Program-made: the position numbers and the translations under genes
NCBI GenBank assembly: GCA_038230375.1
Contig: JBBRNJ010000060.1
Coordinates: 1 to 56,883 of the forward strand
Source of the DNA: Polyangiales bacterium
GTDB lineage: Bacteria; Myxococcota_A; Polyangia; Polyangiales; Polyangiaceae
Direction: 5' to 3'
DNA: 56,883 nucleotides
Shown: positions 10,575 through 21,804 of the stretch, in pieces
Position numbering within the stretch: the first letter of the stretch is position 1
How the letters are laid out: every line of letters starts with the position of its first letter
Notes under the pieces: model-generated
Database searches by the model: none
The model's input: the letters and a program-made list of their open reading frames with translations, nothing else
What the model was told of the DNA's origin: nothing

Positions 10575-12113
10575 ATGTGGGACTTCTTGGAGCGATTGTT
10601 CGGCGGCGGCTTCATGCCGCACGGTCATTGCTACCTCTGGACACCCGCCATGGTGTGGACGCAGGTGGTGTCGAACACGCTCATCGGGCTGGCGTACCTT
10701 TCCATCTCCGTCACCCTTGCGGCTCTTGTTCGGCGCGTGAAGCTGCCGTTCTCGTGGGTCTACATTGCATTCGGGACCTTCATCCTTGCGTGTGGCCTCA
10801 CGCACTTCTTGGACGTCGCCACCGTCTGGCATCCAATCTACTGGGCCGACGCGGGCGTCCGCGTGCTCACCGCCGTTGCCTCCCTGGTGACCGCCGTGCT
10901 GCTGATCCCTCTCTTCCCCAAGGTGACCGCGTTCGTCCATCAAACGCGGCTCGAGCAGGCGGCGAACGAGAAGCTCCGTGTCAGCGAGGTGCGGCTGCGT
11001 CTGCTCATCGATGCGGTCAAGGACTACGCCATCTTCGTGCTCGATCCGAAGGGCATCGTGACCTCATGGAACGCGGGCGCTGAGCGCCTCAAGGGCTACA
11101 AATCAGGGGAGATCATCGGCTCGCACTTCTCCAAGTTCTATCCGGAGGAGGACATCAGCGACGGCAAGTGCGAGCGCGAGCTCGACACCGCGACGCGCAC
11201 GGGCCGCTTCGAAGAAGAGGGATGGCGCGTTCGTGCTGATGGGTCGCGCTTCTGGGCGAACGTCGTCATCACGCCGATCAAGGATTCTGCGGGCACGTTG
11301 ATCGGGTTCGCGAAGGTGAGCCGCGACCTGAGCGAGCGGAAAGCGGCCCAGGCAGAGCGCGAGCGGCTGACATCCGACAACGCGACGCTGAAGGAGAGGT
11401 CGCGCACCCAGGAGTTCCAGGAGCGCTTCATCGGAATACTCGGGCACGACCTTCGCAACCCACTGGCCGCCATCCAGATGGGCACCGCCCTGCTGCGCGG
11501 TTCGGTTGCGGAAACGGATCTCCGGATCGTCGAGCGAGTCGACTCGAGCACGCAGCGCATGGCGCGCATGATCGAGCAGATCCTGGAGCTCACCCGCAGC
11601 CGTTTGGGAGGAGGCCTGAAGGTCAATGCAGCGCCGGAGGAGCTCTGCGAGATCGTGACGCGGGTGGTGGACGAGCTCCGGTTGGCGTATCCGAAACGTG
11701 AGATCGCGCTCACCTGTGCGCGTCCGCTGCAAGGTTCATGGGATCGCGATCGTCTCGAGCAGGTGTTCTCGAATCTTGTGAGCAACGCGATCCACCACGG
11801 CTCCGCCACCGCACCGGTGACCGTCGCCGTCCGCGATGATGGCGACGCGCTGACGATCACCGTCCATAACCAAGGCCCTCCGATCCCCGAGGATCTGCGC
11901 ACCAAGCTCTTCGATCCCTTCCGTCGTGGAAGTCGCGACAGTCGCACGGCTCAGACCGCCGGCCTGGGCCTGGGGCTGTTCATCTCCAGCGAGATCGTCG
12001 CCGCGCACGGCGGATCACTCGAGGTCTCTTCGAGCGCAGCTGACGGAACCACCTTTCGCCTGACGTTGCCTCGGACGGCCGTCACGCATATAACCGAGGC
12101 TGGTTCCGCATGA
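10575..12113 (+). CDS. Membrane sensor histidine kinase: ethylene-binding-domain-like 3TM region, PAS, HisKA, HATPase
   Basis: MPHGHCYLW, NTLIGLAYLSIS, FILACGLTH; PAS (SWNAGAERLKGY); H-box GHDLRNPL; GLGLGLFI. Confidence 0.9.
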   Translation: MWDFLERLFGGGFMPHGHCYLWTPAMVWTQVVSNTLIGLAYLSISVTLAALVRRVKLPFSWVYIAFGTFILACGLTHFLDVATVWHPIYWADAGVRVLTAVASLVTAVLLIPLFPKVTAFVHQTRLEQAANEKLRVSEVRLRLLIDAVKDYAIFVLDPKGIVTSWNAGAERLKGYKSGEIIGSHFSKFYPEEDISDGKCERELDTATRTGRFEEEGWRVRADGSRFWANVVITPIKDSAGTLIGFAKVSRDLSERKAAQAERERLTSDNATLKERSRTQEFQERFIGILGHDLRNPLAAIQMGTALLRGSVAETDLRIVERVDSSTQRMARMIEQILELTRSRLGGGLKVNAAPEELCEIVTRVVDELRLAYPKREIALTCARPLQGSWDRDRLEQVFSNLVSNAIHHGSATAPVTVAVRDDGDALTITVHNQGPPIPEDLRTKLFDPFRRGSRDSRTAQTAGLGLGLFISSEIVAAHGGSLEVSSSAADGTTFRLTLPRTAVTHITEAGSA

Positions 12114-12463
12114 CTCACACAGTGCTCCTGGTAGAAGACGAGGAAGAGCTTCGCGAGATGATGCGCGAAGCGCTCGAAAGGGCGGGGTACGCCGTCGTTG
12201 CCGCCGGTGACGGTCAGGCAGCGCTGGACGCCGCAGGACGCATCGAGCAAATCTGCGTCGTCCTTCTCGATCTCGTGATGCCCACGATGAACGGGTGGGA
12301 TTTCTTCGATGCGTTCCGCGCGCGCCCCGAGTTTGTCAGCGTACCGGTCGTGGTGCACTCCTCCGCGACGAGCCGCGCGCCGAACGGCGTCACGCGGGTG
12401 CTGCAGAAGCCGCTCAAGCTCGATCGCCTGCTCGCTGTCGTCGGCGAGTTCTGCGCACCGTAG
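12110..12463 (+). CDS. Single-domain response regulator
   Basis: LLVEDE, LLDLVMP, QKP. ATGA overlap couples it to the upstream kinase. Confidence 0.92.
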   Translation: MTHTVLLVEDEEELREMMREALERAGYAVVAAGDGQAALDAAGRIEQICVVLLDLVMPTMNGWDFFDAFRARPEFVSVPVVVHSSATSRAPNGVTRVLQKPLKLDRLLAVVGEFCAP

Positions 12464-12504
12464 CGTCTCGCACCGGTATGATCGCGATCACAGAGGAGGC
12501 GGTC

Positions 12505-12912
12505 ATGCCAGAGTTCGTCGGATGCCCGGGATGTTCCAGGCACGTGCGCGTGCAGGAGATATCGTGTCCGTTCTGTTCGTCCGTCCTCGCGCCGCGTGAC
12601 TCGAGGCGACGAGTCGGTGCCGCCCTCGGCTCCGTGCTGCTCTTCGGCGGGTGTGCTGCGGCCGCACAGAGCCCGGACCCTGGGGGACCCGATGGAGCTG
12701 CGCCCGCGGGCGATGCGGGGCGAGCGAGCGACGCAAGCGATGCGAGCCCGCGCGTCGGAGACAACGAGGAAGCTTTCACGGCGGTCCCTGTCTACGGGGC
12801 ACCAGGCTGTGACTTCGCACCCGATGGCGCAGAGACCTCGCCCATGCTGGGAGGCGCAGTGGTCGCAGCGGCCGCAGTGGCCATGCTCCGTCGTCGCCGC
12901 GCGCCTCAGTAA
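12505..12912 (+). CDS. Zn-ribbon (CxxC-RH-CPFC) protein with lipobox-like segment, PVYGAP motif and MYXO-CTERM-like tail
   Basis: GAGGAGG RBS; CPGCSRHV..CPFC; LLFGGC; PVYGAP; GC...hydrophobic-RRRR C-terminus. Confidence 0.75.
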   Translation: MPEFVGCPGCSRHVRVQEISCPFCSSVLAPRDSRRRVGAALGSVLLFGGCAAAAQSPDPGGPDGAAPAGDAGRASDASDASPRVGDNEEAFTAVPVYGAPGCDFAPDGAETSPMLGGAVVAAAAVAMLRRRRAPQ

Positions 12913-13562
12913 CGGCTTGGCAGCTGGCTGCTTGCGGGCTCGGCGTCTGCGGGCTCCACGCTTCCCTGCCCTGGTGAGAGCAGACGACGCGCGCCGTGGC
13001 CCACGACGGGCGCGGCGCAGAGGTAGAGCGCCGGCAACCACATGGGGATGCCCAGGACATCCGGCTGGAGATGCACGAACGTGCCGGCGCGGACGAGCAT
13101 GATCTCGAAGAGCGGTCCGATGACCATCATCGAGAGGGCGCAGACCGCGCCCTGCCACGTGCGGTCGAGCCACCAGAACGCGGCGATGCCGGCGATGCCG
13201 AGCACCGCGAGCTTGGTGGTGTTCGCGCCGTGATAGAAACCACTGAAGAAGTAGAACGCACCGAAGCACCAGAACGCGGACGCCAGCACGCTCCACGGCG
13301 GCGGCTGGCGCGGGGCGCCGAGCGCGCGATACATGCCCACGAAGATGGAGGCGCTGACCGTGGTCCCCGCGCCCATGAGGAGCGGCGTCCACCACGTGAG
13401 GCGAGAAGCCTGATGTGGACCCACGTACGCGGTCGTTCCGGAGATGGTGTGGAACCCGTCGAGGACCGTGATGACGACGGCGCCGAACAGAAACAGCAGG
13501 GCGAAGCGCTGCGGCTCGATCCGGGGTCGTTCGGTGTTCGTGAGGTTCGTGAGAGCGTTCAC
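12906..13562 (-). CDS. Multi-pass membrane protein (DUF2878/INSIG-like, tentative)
   Basis: About six hydrophobic segments; GPLFEIMLV...PDVLGIPMWLPALY. Confidence 0.7.
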   Translation of the reverse strand: MNALTNLTNTERPRIEPQRFALLFLFGAVVITVLDGFHTISGTTAYVGPHQASRLTWWTPLLMGAGTTVSASIFVGMYRALGAPRQPPPWSVLASAFWCFGAFYFFSGFYHGANTTKLAVLGIAGIAAFWWLDRTWQGAVCALSMMVIGPLFEIMLVRAGTFVHLQPDVLGIPMWLPALYLCAAPVVGHGARRLLSPGQGSVEPADAEPASSQLPSRY

Positions 13563-13650
13563 CCTTCGTGGTCTCCTGGGCGCCGTTTCCGGCGGACACA
13601 GGTACTACATCCACGGCGCCGGGCATCACGAAAATGCGTAGGATGAGGCC

Positions 13651-14910
13651 ATGATCGAGTGGTCCGAGACCCACGTTTCCATCCGCGACTCCATCCGCAA
13701 GTTCTGCGAAATGGAGGTCAAGCCGAAGATCCACGCGATCGAGCACGAGGGCGTGCCCCCGTACGAGGTCCTTCGAAAGCTCATCGCGACCTTCGGCATC
13801 GCCGATATGGCGCGAATGCGCTTCGCCGGGCAGATCGAGAAGGAGAAGGCGCGGCTCGCACGCGCGGCCGCGGAAGGCGCGACGCCCGAAGCGGAGCGCG
13901 AGCGCGGGCCACGCAAGCCAAGCCCCGAGGCCGGCATGGAGATGGCGATGCGCATGATCCCGGTCATCGAGCTGTCGCGCTACAGCCCCGGCATCGTGAC
14001 GGCGCTCGGCGTCAGCATGGGGCTCACGGCGAACGCGATCATGGCGCGCGGGACGATCGCACAGAAGGAGCGCTGGGCGCTGTCGCTGATGACGCTCGAG
14101 ACCATCGGTGCGTGGGCCATCACGGAGCCGGGCTCTGGCTCGGACGCGTTCGGCGCCATGAAATCCACGGCGAAGCGTGACGGTGACGGCTACTTGCTCA
14201 ACGGGAGCAAGACGTTCATCACGAACGGTCCGTACGCCGACACGATCGTGTTCATCTGCAAGCTCGACGAGGACAACGAGCCCAAGCTCCGCAAGGTCCT
14301 CTCCTTCGTGCTCGACAAGGGCATGCCGGGGCTCACCCAGAGCAAGCCTCTGCGCAAGCTGGGACTGCATGGCTCACCCACGGGCGAGCTGTTCCTCGAG
14401 GACGTTCGCGTGGGCAAGGACCGGCTGCTCGGCGAGACGGAGGAACAGCCCGCACGCGCCGCGACCAAGGAGACGTTCACCGCAGAGCGCACCGCCGTCG
14501 CTGCGATGGCGCTCGGTCTGGTCGAGGAGTGTCAGCGTCTGTCGATCGACTACGCCAAGACGCGTGAGCAGTTCGGCAAGAAGATCGGCGAATTCCAGCT
14601 GATCCAGCTGAAGCTCGCAAAGATGGAGGTCGCACGCATGAACATCCAGAACCTGGTGTTCCGCCAGATCGAGATGGCCGGCGAAGGACGCACGATGAGC
14701 CTGGCCGAGGCGAGCGCATGCAAGTTGTATTGTGCACAGGCCGCCATGGAGGTCTGCAACGAGGCCGTGCAGCTGTTCGGCGGCAACGGGTACATGGCCG
14801 AGTATCCCGTCGAGCAGCTGTTCCGCGATGCACGCGTGCTCCAGATCTACGGCGGCACGGACGAGATCCAGATCTCCCAGATCGCACGGAGCCTGCTGGA
14901 GCTCGGCTGA
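13651..14910 (+). CDS. Acyl-CoA dehydrogenase
   Basis: AITEPGSGSD, LNGSKTFITNG, REQFGKKI, QLFGGNGY, QIYGGTDEIQ. Confidence 0.96.
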   Translation: MIEWSETHVSIRDSIRKFCEMEVKPKIHAIEHEGVPPYEVLRKLIATFGIADMARMRFAGQIEKEKARLARAAAEGATPEAERERGPRKPSPEAGMEMAMRMIPVIELSRYSPGIVTALGVSMGLTANAIMARGTIAQKERWALSLMTLETIGAWAITEPGSGSDAFGAMKSTAKRDGDGYLLNGSKTFITNGPYADTIVFICKLDEDNEPKLRKVLSFVLDKGMPGLTQSKPLRKLGLHGSPTGELFLEDVRVGKDRLLGETEEQPARAATKETFTAERTAVAAMALGLVEECQRLSIDYAKTREQFGKKIGEFQLIQLKLAKMEVARMNIQNLVFRQIEMAGEGRTMSLAEASACKLYCAQAAMEVCNEAVQLFGGNGYMAEYPVEQLFRDARVLQIYGGTDEIQISQIARSLLELG

Positions 14911-14926
14911 CTCGTCATCCAGGGGC

Positions 14927-15634
14927 TCACGGGCACCCCGGCACGGGAGGACGACACGTGGATGTCGTGGCGTCGCAGACGAATTGGTTGAAGCAGCCGT
15001 TTGCCTGACAGGGCGGACTTCGGCATGCGTGACATGGTCCGGGATCGCCAGGCGCGACGAGGTTTGCGCACGCACCGCCGTCGCCACCATCCGCGGCCCA
15101 TGCGCAGAGACCATCCGGGATCTCGTGATGCACGGGCGTGAGCGCTCTGAGGTAGACGAGGATCGCGCTCTCTTCGTCCACGCCCATGTCGGGGAAGCGC
15201 GGCATGATCTCGCAGAGGGCCTTCCCGTCCTCATCCTTTCCCATGCGGAGCATCCTCAGGATCTGCGCGTCCGTCAGCGCGCCAATGCCCGTCTCCGGAT
15301 CGGGCGTCAGGTTCCTTCCGTAGATGCGCGTTCCGGGAATGAGCGTGCTCGTCCCGGAGAGCACGCCATCTGCGGGATCGCTCGACTGATGACAAGCCGG
15401 ACAGCCACGCGCCTGCACCGCGAGCGCGCCGCGAAGATACGGAGACCAGGTCGCCGCATCATCGTCCAGCGAGCCCCCGCCGCCATCAGCGCCAGCCGCA
15501 AGCTCGTCACCCGACGCCGCGTCCGCCACCGCAGCGTCTCTTGGAACTGTGTAACCCACTGCCGAAGGGCCTGTGGCGCACGCCGCCACTGCCACCACGA
15601 GCACACCCATCATGATTGCGAAGCACCGTTTCAT
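14927..15634 (-). CDS. Cytochrome c lipoprotein with Cys-rich C-terminus
   Basis: Lipobox VAAC, heme motif CPACH, NLTPDPETGIG and MPRF typical of class I cytochrome c domains. Confidence 0.82.
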   Translation of the reverse strand: MKRCFAIMMGVLVVAVAACATGPSAVGYTVPRDAAVADAASGDELAAGADGGGGSLDDDAATWSPYLRGALAVQARGCPACHQSSDPADGVLSGTSTLIPGTRIYGRNLTPDPETGIGALTDAQILRMLRMGKDEDGKALCEIMPRFPDMGVDEESAILVYLRALTPVHHEIPDGLCAWAADGGDGGACANLVAPGDPGPCHACRSPPCQANGCFNQFVCDATTSTCRPPVPGCP

Positions 15635-15659
15635 TGTCGACCTCCGAAGAGGCCCATGA

Positions 15660-15750
15660 GCGAACGGCGTGCCGAGAGCCGAGGCACGAGATCAGCGGCT
15701 TTTTTACAGGCGATCGGTGACCGCGGTCAGCAACGAGGTGACCACGGTCA
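15660..15750 (-). promoter_or_regulatory. Putative sigma54 promoter with two upstream palindromes
   Basis: Minus strand CGGCACGCCGTTCGC (15674-15660); TGACCGCGGTCA (15718-15729) and TGACCACGGTCA (15739-15750). Confidence 0.5.
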
Positions 15751-15753
15751 GGC

Positions 15754-15770
15754 CGAGGTCGAGGTCGAGG
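15754..15770. repeat. Short (GTCGAG)n hexamer tract
   Basis: CGAGGTCGAGGTCGAGG immediately downstream of the OmpA-family gene stop. Confidence 0.5.
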
Positions 15771-15774
15771 CGAC

Positions 15775-18018
15775 TTACTCCTGTTCGACGATCACGAACT
15801 GCACGCGGCGGTTTCGTGTTCGGTTGAACGTTGTCACGTTCGGGAAGAGCGGCTTCGTCTGACCGTAGCCGTGCGCGATCAGGTGGTCGACCGCCACGCC
15901 GTGCGCGACGAGCCATGCGCGGACGGACTCTGCGCGATTCTCGCTCAGCTGCTGGTTCGCGTCGGGCTTGCCGCTCGAGTCGGTGTGACCCTGGATCTCC
16001 AGCTTCTTGATGCGCGGCGTGCGGATGATGGCATCCGCGATCTCCGTGAGGAGCTGATTGGACTCCGGCAGGATCGTCGCGGAGTTCACCGCGAACTGGA
16101 TCTGCTGCTTGATCGTGATCTCCTTCGCGCCGACCGAGACGAGCGACTTCTTGGGGCGCTTCACGAGCGTGATGTCCGCCTGCACTTCCTTCTGGAAGCC
16201 GACATCCACGTTCTGCACCGCGGCGAGGTAGCCCTCGGCCTCGACGCTGATCTGCGCCGCGCCGAGCGGGACGTCCGCGAAGCGGAAGCCGCCCTGCCCG
16301 TCCGAGCCGAGCGAGAGATCCTTCGCCGTCGCATCCTTCACGTGGACCGTGGCAGAGGCGATCGCGCCGCCGCCGTCGGAGTCACGCACAGTGCCCTTGA
16401 TGACGCCGACCTTCGGCAGCGCGACCAGCGGGCAGTCCGCCTGGACGTCCTGCGACGGTGCGCCCTTGGTAGCAGGAGCCGCCACCGCGACGACGCACGT
16501 GCCCGGCTTGTAGCCGTCCGCCTTCACGCCGAACGTGTAGCTGCCCGGGTCGACCTCTTCGCTCTGGAAGCGGCCGTCCGCGCCCGTGTAGAAGGAAACG
16601 TGACCGGGCGTGGAGTCCCACGAGACGATCGCGCCGGCGACCGCCTGTTGCGGCTTGCCCTCCTCGTGCACGAGACCCTGGATGTGCGCGCGCGGCGCCG
16701 GGGTCTTGTCCACGACCTTCTCCACCGTCTTCGTCTGGATGACCGGCGGACGATCCGCCGTGTCGTACGCCCAGCCCGCGCCAATGTGCAGCATCCACGG
16801 CGGCGTGGGCGAGACCTCCTCGATGAAGTCGTTCGTACCCGTGACGCCGATGTCGAGCGCCGCGAGCAGCGAGAAGCCAGCTTTCCACGGAAGGAAGCGC
16901 GCGCCAATGGAGAGCGTGCTCGGGGCGAGCGCGTCGTTCGCGAGGCAATGATCGCCGCTCGGGTTCTTGGGCACGCACTGGTAGCCCTGGCGATTCACGG
17001 GCGCCATGAGCACGTACTCGAGGAAGGGACGCACCTTCTGGTTCGCGACGAAGAACTCCGCGCCGAGCGCGAAATCCACGTGATCCACGCGGTTCACGCC
17101 AAGGCCGAAGCGCTCGATGCGCGTGACCGGCTGCGCGCGCCTCTTCTCCGTGTCCGAGAGGACGTCGCCGCTGTTGTCGAGCATGTAGCCGACGTTGAAG
17201 CTGACACGCACAGGGACCTTGGACTCCGTGTTGCGGAGGTCCGCCGTGGCCAGGCCGCGGAACTTCATGCTGGTGCCGCTGCCGTCCAGACCGACCGCGC
17301 CGGTGCCGTTCAGGAGCCACAGCTCCATGGCGCCGCCGACGTACAGGACCTTGTTCTTCGAGACCGCCCCATACGCCTTCACGCCGATGTTCGAGTCACC
17401 GAGGACCTGAAGGAGCGCCGGCCGGTTCTGCGTGTCGGAGTTCGCGATGGCGCTGGTGCCCAGGTATGCCTCGAGCCAGCTGGTCACGTTCGCGCTCAGC
17501 GCGAGGTGCCCGCCGATGTGATCGAGGCCGTCGCTCTTGATGGTGGTGGCGCTGCCGTTCGGATTCTTGCAGGGAAAATCAGTCGTGCAGAGGAAACCCG
17601 CGGAGAAATACTCCGTGCTGAACGACGTGCGGAATTGCCCTGCGGCGCCGCCCTGTGCGTGCTGCGTGCGAAGCAAGCCGACGCCACCGGTCAGCGTGTT
17701 CGACTCCGAGAGCTGCGAGTCGCGCTCTGCCCACTCGCGCGCGCTGTCCGACTCCGGGGTCGCGGCTTCTGCCGGTGCGGCGCTCGCGGGCGCGCTGCTC
17801 GCGGGCGCGGCGCTTCCGCCACCGCTTGCACCACCGCCGGCACTACCAGAACCTGGAAGCATCCTTGGTGCGGTCGGGCCCGCTGAGACCCCACCGGATA
17901 CGGTGCCTCCTGCAGAGCCGCCGCCACCGCCCGTAGCCTGCGCATGGGCGGTCTGCGGGATGAGGAGGCCGACCATGCTGAGCACGGGGATCACGGAAAG
18001 AAGAGCAAGCGATCGCAT
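15775..18018 (-). CDS. OmpA-family outer-membrane protein (beta-rich N-domain, two carboxypeptidase-regulatory-like domains, OmpA_C)
   Basis: Signal peptide; C-terminal IQGHTD...NQQLSENRAESV...GYGQTKP...NRRVQF. Confidence 0.9.
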   Translation of the reverse strand: MRSLALLSVIPVLSMVGLLIPQTAHAQATGGGGGSAGGTVSGGVSAGPTAPRMLPGSGSAGGGASGGGSAAPASSAPASAAPAEAATPESDSAREWAERDSQLSESNTLTGGVGLLRTQHAQGGAAGQFRTSFSTEYFSAGFLCTTDFPCKNPNGSATTIKSDGLDHIGGHLALSANVTSWLEAYLGTSAIANSDTQNRPALLQVLGDSNIGVKAYGAVSKNKVLYVGGAMELWLLNGTGAVGLDGSGTSMKFRGLATADLRNTESKVPVRVSFNVGYMLDNSGDVLSDTEKRRAQPVTRIERFGLGVNRVDHVDFALGAEFFVANQKVRPFLEYVLMAPVNRQGYQCVPKNPSGDHCLANDALAPSTLSIGARFLPWKAGFSLLAALDIGVTGTNDFIEEVSPTPPWMLHIGAGWAYDTADRPPVIQTKTVEKVVDKTPAPRAHIQGLVHEEGKPQQAVAGAIVSWDSTPGHVSFYTGADGRFQSEEVDPGSYTFGVKADGYKPGTCVVAVAAPATKGAPSQDVQADCPLVALPKVGVIKGTVRDSDGGGAIASATVHVKDATAKDLSLGSDGQGGFRFADVPLGAAQISVEAEGYLAAVQNVDVGFQKEVQADITLVKRPKKSLVSVGAKEITIKQQIQFAVNSATILPESNQLLTEIADAIIRTPRIKKLEIQGHTDSSGKPDANQQLSENRAESVRAWLVAHGVAVDHLIAHGYGQTKPLFPNVTTFNRTRNRRVQFVIVEQE

Positions 18019-18155
18019 CGTGGACTTTTCCTGCGTAGGAAGGGAACCGTGGCCGAAATTGCGATCAATCTTTTAGCGCGCTTTCCACGGACGGGTCCGA
18101 TTTTCGTCTGGCGCCCCGTTTCGGGGCTACCCATGGCCGTCGCGGTGGTAAATAA

Positions 18156-19564
<1,409 letters not shown>

Positions 19565-19568
<4 letters not shown>

Positions 19569-20527
19569 CCGAACCTGAGAAGACAGAAAAGCCAAAAAAA
19601 AAGCCCGAACGCGAGGTGATTCTGTCCGTGGATCGCCTGGTGAAGACGTTCCGGAAGCCGTTCACTGGTCGCAAGGTGGAGGCAGTGCGCGGCGTCTCGT
19701 TCGAGGTGCATCGCGGAGAGATCTTCGGTTTCTTGGGACCGAACGGCTCCGGCAAGACCACGACCATCAAGATGCTGACGGGCCTCATCTCGGCCACCAG
19801 CGGCTCCGCGAAGCTGATGGGGCACGACGTGCCGAGCCCGCTCGCGATGAAGACCGTCGGCTTCTTGCCCGAGAACCCGTACGTCTATCCGTACCTCACC
19901 CCGCGCGAGTTCGTGGAGCTCTGCGGCCAGCTCTCGAGCGTTCCCTCGAACGTGCTGCGCAAGCGCGCAGAGGCTGTGCTCGAGCGCGTGGGAATGGGCT
20001 ACGCGATGGATCGCCCCGTGCGCGCGCTCTCCAAGGGCATGCTCCAGCGAACCGGGCTCGCCGCTGCGCTGGTCCACCAACCGGACATGCTGATCCTGGA
20101 CGAGCCCATGAGCGGCCTCGATCCCGTCGGCCGGAAAGAAGTGCGCGACCTCATCGTCGAGGAGCAGAAGGCCGGACGCACTGTCTTCTTCTCCACGCAC
20201 ATCTTGAACGACGTGGAGACGCTCTGCGACCGCGTGTGCATCTTGCGGCGCGGTGAGGTCGTCGTCAGCGGCCTCCTCCACGACCTCCTGGCAGAGGGCG
20301 AGCAGGGCAGCGAGATCACCGTCGGTGACGCAAGCGACACACTGCGCGAGGAGCTCGTGACGAAGCATGGCGCGCGCGCCGTCGGCAAGTCCCTCACGTT
20401 CGCGCTCGAGAGCGACGCGGAGGTGCAGGAGGTGCTGAAGAAGATCCTGGCCTCCGGCGCCCGCATTGACACCGTGATGCCCAAGCGCGGCACCCTGGAA
20501 GAGCTCTTCGTGCGACGCGCGCTGTAG
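19565..20527 (+). CDS. ABC transporter ATP-binding protein (ABC-2/PilH-like)
   Basis: GPNGSGKT, LSKGM, LILDEP, STH. ATGA overlap with the upstream gene. Confidence 0.93.
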
Positions 20528-20665
20528 TCACGCCGACCGCGGCGAAGGTCGTCGTTTTCGGCGATGGCGGGGGATCGTCTCTTCGTTGCGACAGCCGCGC
20601 GTCGTCGACGCGACCTGTCCAGAAGGACAGCACTCACCACCCACCCATCTCCATAGACTGGGACA

Positions 20666-21286
20666 GTGGGGGCGGCCGATATCATTTCCAACGTCAGTGC
20701 GTCCCGGCGCGACGCGATCATCCTGCTGGTCGAGGACAATGCTGAACTGGCCCGGGGCATGAAGCGTGGGCTGGAGGCCGAAGGCTATGTCGTCCCCGAG
20801 ATCGTCTCGCAGGCCAAGGACTTCGACGCTGCGCTGGCGCGCGTTCGTCCGGACCTCGTCCTCTTCGACATCGTTCTTGGTGACGACGACGGGACGGAGC
20901 TCGCCGAGCGGCTCGCTCCACATACGCCGTTCCTCTTCGTGTCGGCGCATGCTGACCCGACCACCGTGGACAGGGCGGTCGCTCGCCAGCCGCGCGGCTT
21001 CGTGGTGAAGCCGTTTGCTACACCACAGCTGGTCGCGGCCATCGAGATCGCGCTTGGACACGGCGGCGGGCGAACGCGTTCGGGCGCTCGCGTGTCCCTT
21101 GGCTCACTGTCCGCGCGCGAGCACGACGTCCTCGACAGGTTGCTCGCGCACGCTCGTCCGCCTGCCATCGCAAGGGCGCTCTTCATCAGCCAGCACACGG
21201 TGCGCAATCATCTGAGAAGCATCTTCACCAAGCTGGGCGTGAGGTCCCAGCAGCAGCTGCTCGATCTGTTCACGAGGAACAGGTAG
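20666..21286 (+). CDS. Response regulator with LuxR-type HTH
   Basis: REC (LLVED, LFDI, VKPF); LSAREHDVL...IARALFISQHTVRNHLRSIFTKLGV. Confidence 0.9.
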   Translation: MGAADIISNVSASRRDAIILLVEDNAELARGMKRGLEAEGYVVPEIVSQAKDFDAALARVRPDLVLFDIVLGDDDGTELAERLAPHTPFLFVSAHADPTTVDRAVARQPRGFVVKPFATPQLVAAIEIALGHGGGRTRSGARVSLGSLSAREHDVLDRLLAHARPPAIARALFISQHTVRNHLRSIFTKLGVRSQQQLLDLFTRNR

Positions 21287-21790
21287 CCCGTTGGCGTCGC
21301 CCTCTCGAGCGGTCTCGCCAGTGCGGGCGCCTCCCGCCGTCATCCGCGTGAAGATGGCGACGACATCCAGCACGATGACGAAGTCGGGGCCCCGACGGGC
21401 GAGGCCCTTGCTGATACTGGCCGTCCAGCGCGCGGCGAACCGCGGCGCCGGCTCGACCTGGGCCGCGTCGATCTCGACCACCTCGTGCACGCCGTCTGCC
21501 TGGGCGCCGATCACGCATAGCCGGCCGTCGAGTCGGATCTCGAGCACGACGATGCGCGCATGGAACGTGTCATTGGCTGGCTGTAGGCCGAACTCACTGC
21601 GGAGGTCGACGACCGGGATCGCCGCTCCGCGCACGTTGACGACGCCGCGCAGGTACGGCGGCGAAGATGGGATCCGGGTCATCGGGATCACGTCCAGCAC
21701 CTCGCGCACCTGGAAGACGTCGATGGCGAAGTGCTCTGCTCCGACTTTCAGGATCAGATAGTGACCGGTGGAGAAGGCGGAGGTGTTCAT
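21104..21790 (-). CDS. cheW: Chemotaxis coupling protein CheW with C-terminal run-on
   Basis: FAIDVFQVREVL, GVVNVRGAAIPVVDLR, IVLDV. No stop until 21104. Confidence 0.88.
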   Translation of the reverse strand: MNTSAFSTGHYLILKVGAEHFAIDVFQVREVLDVIPMTRIPSSPPYLRGVVNVRGAAIPVVDLRSEFGLQPANDTFHARIVVLEIRLDGRLCVIGAQADGVHEVVEIDAAQVEPAPRFAARWTASISKGLARRGPDFVIVLDVVAIFTRMTAGGARTGETAREGDANGLPVPREQIEQLLLGPHAQLGEDASQMIAHRVLADEERPCDGRRTSVREQPVEDVVLARGQ

Positions 21791-21804
21791 GGTGGTCTCC
21801 TTGC

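Noticed and set aside
15775..18018. OmpA protein as TraB of the TraAB kin-recognition system
   Set aside because: No thrombospondin type 3 repeats and no adjacent traA-like gene.
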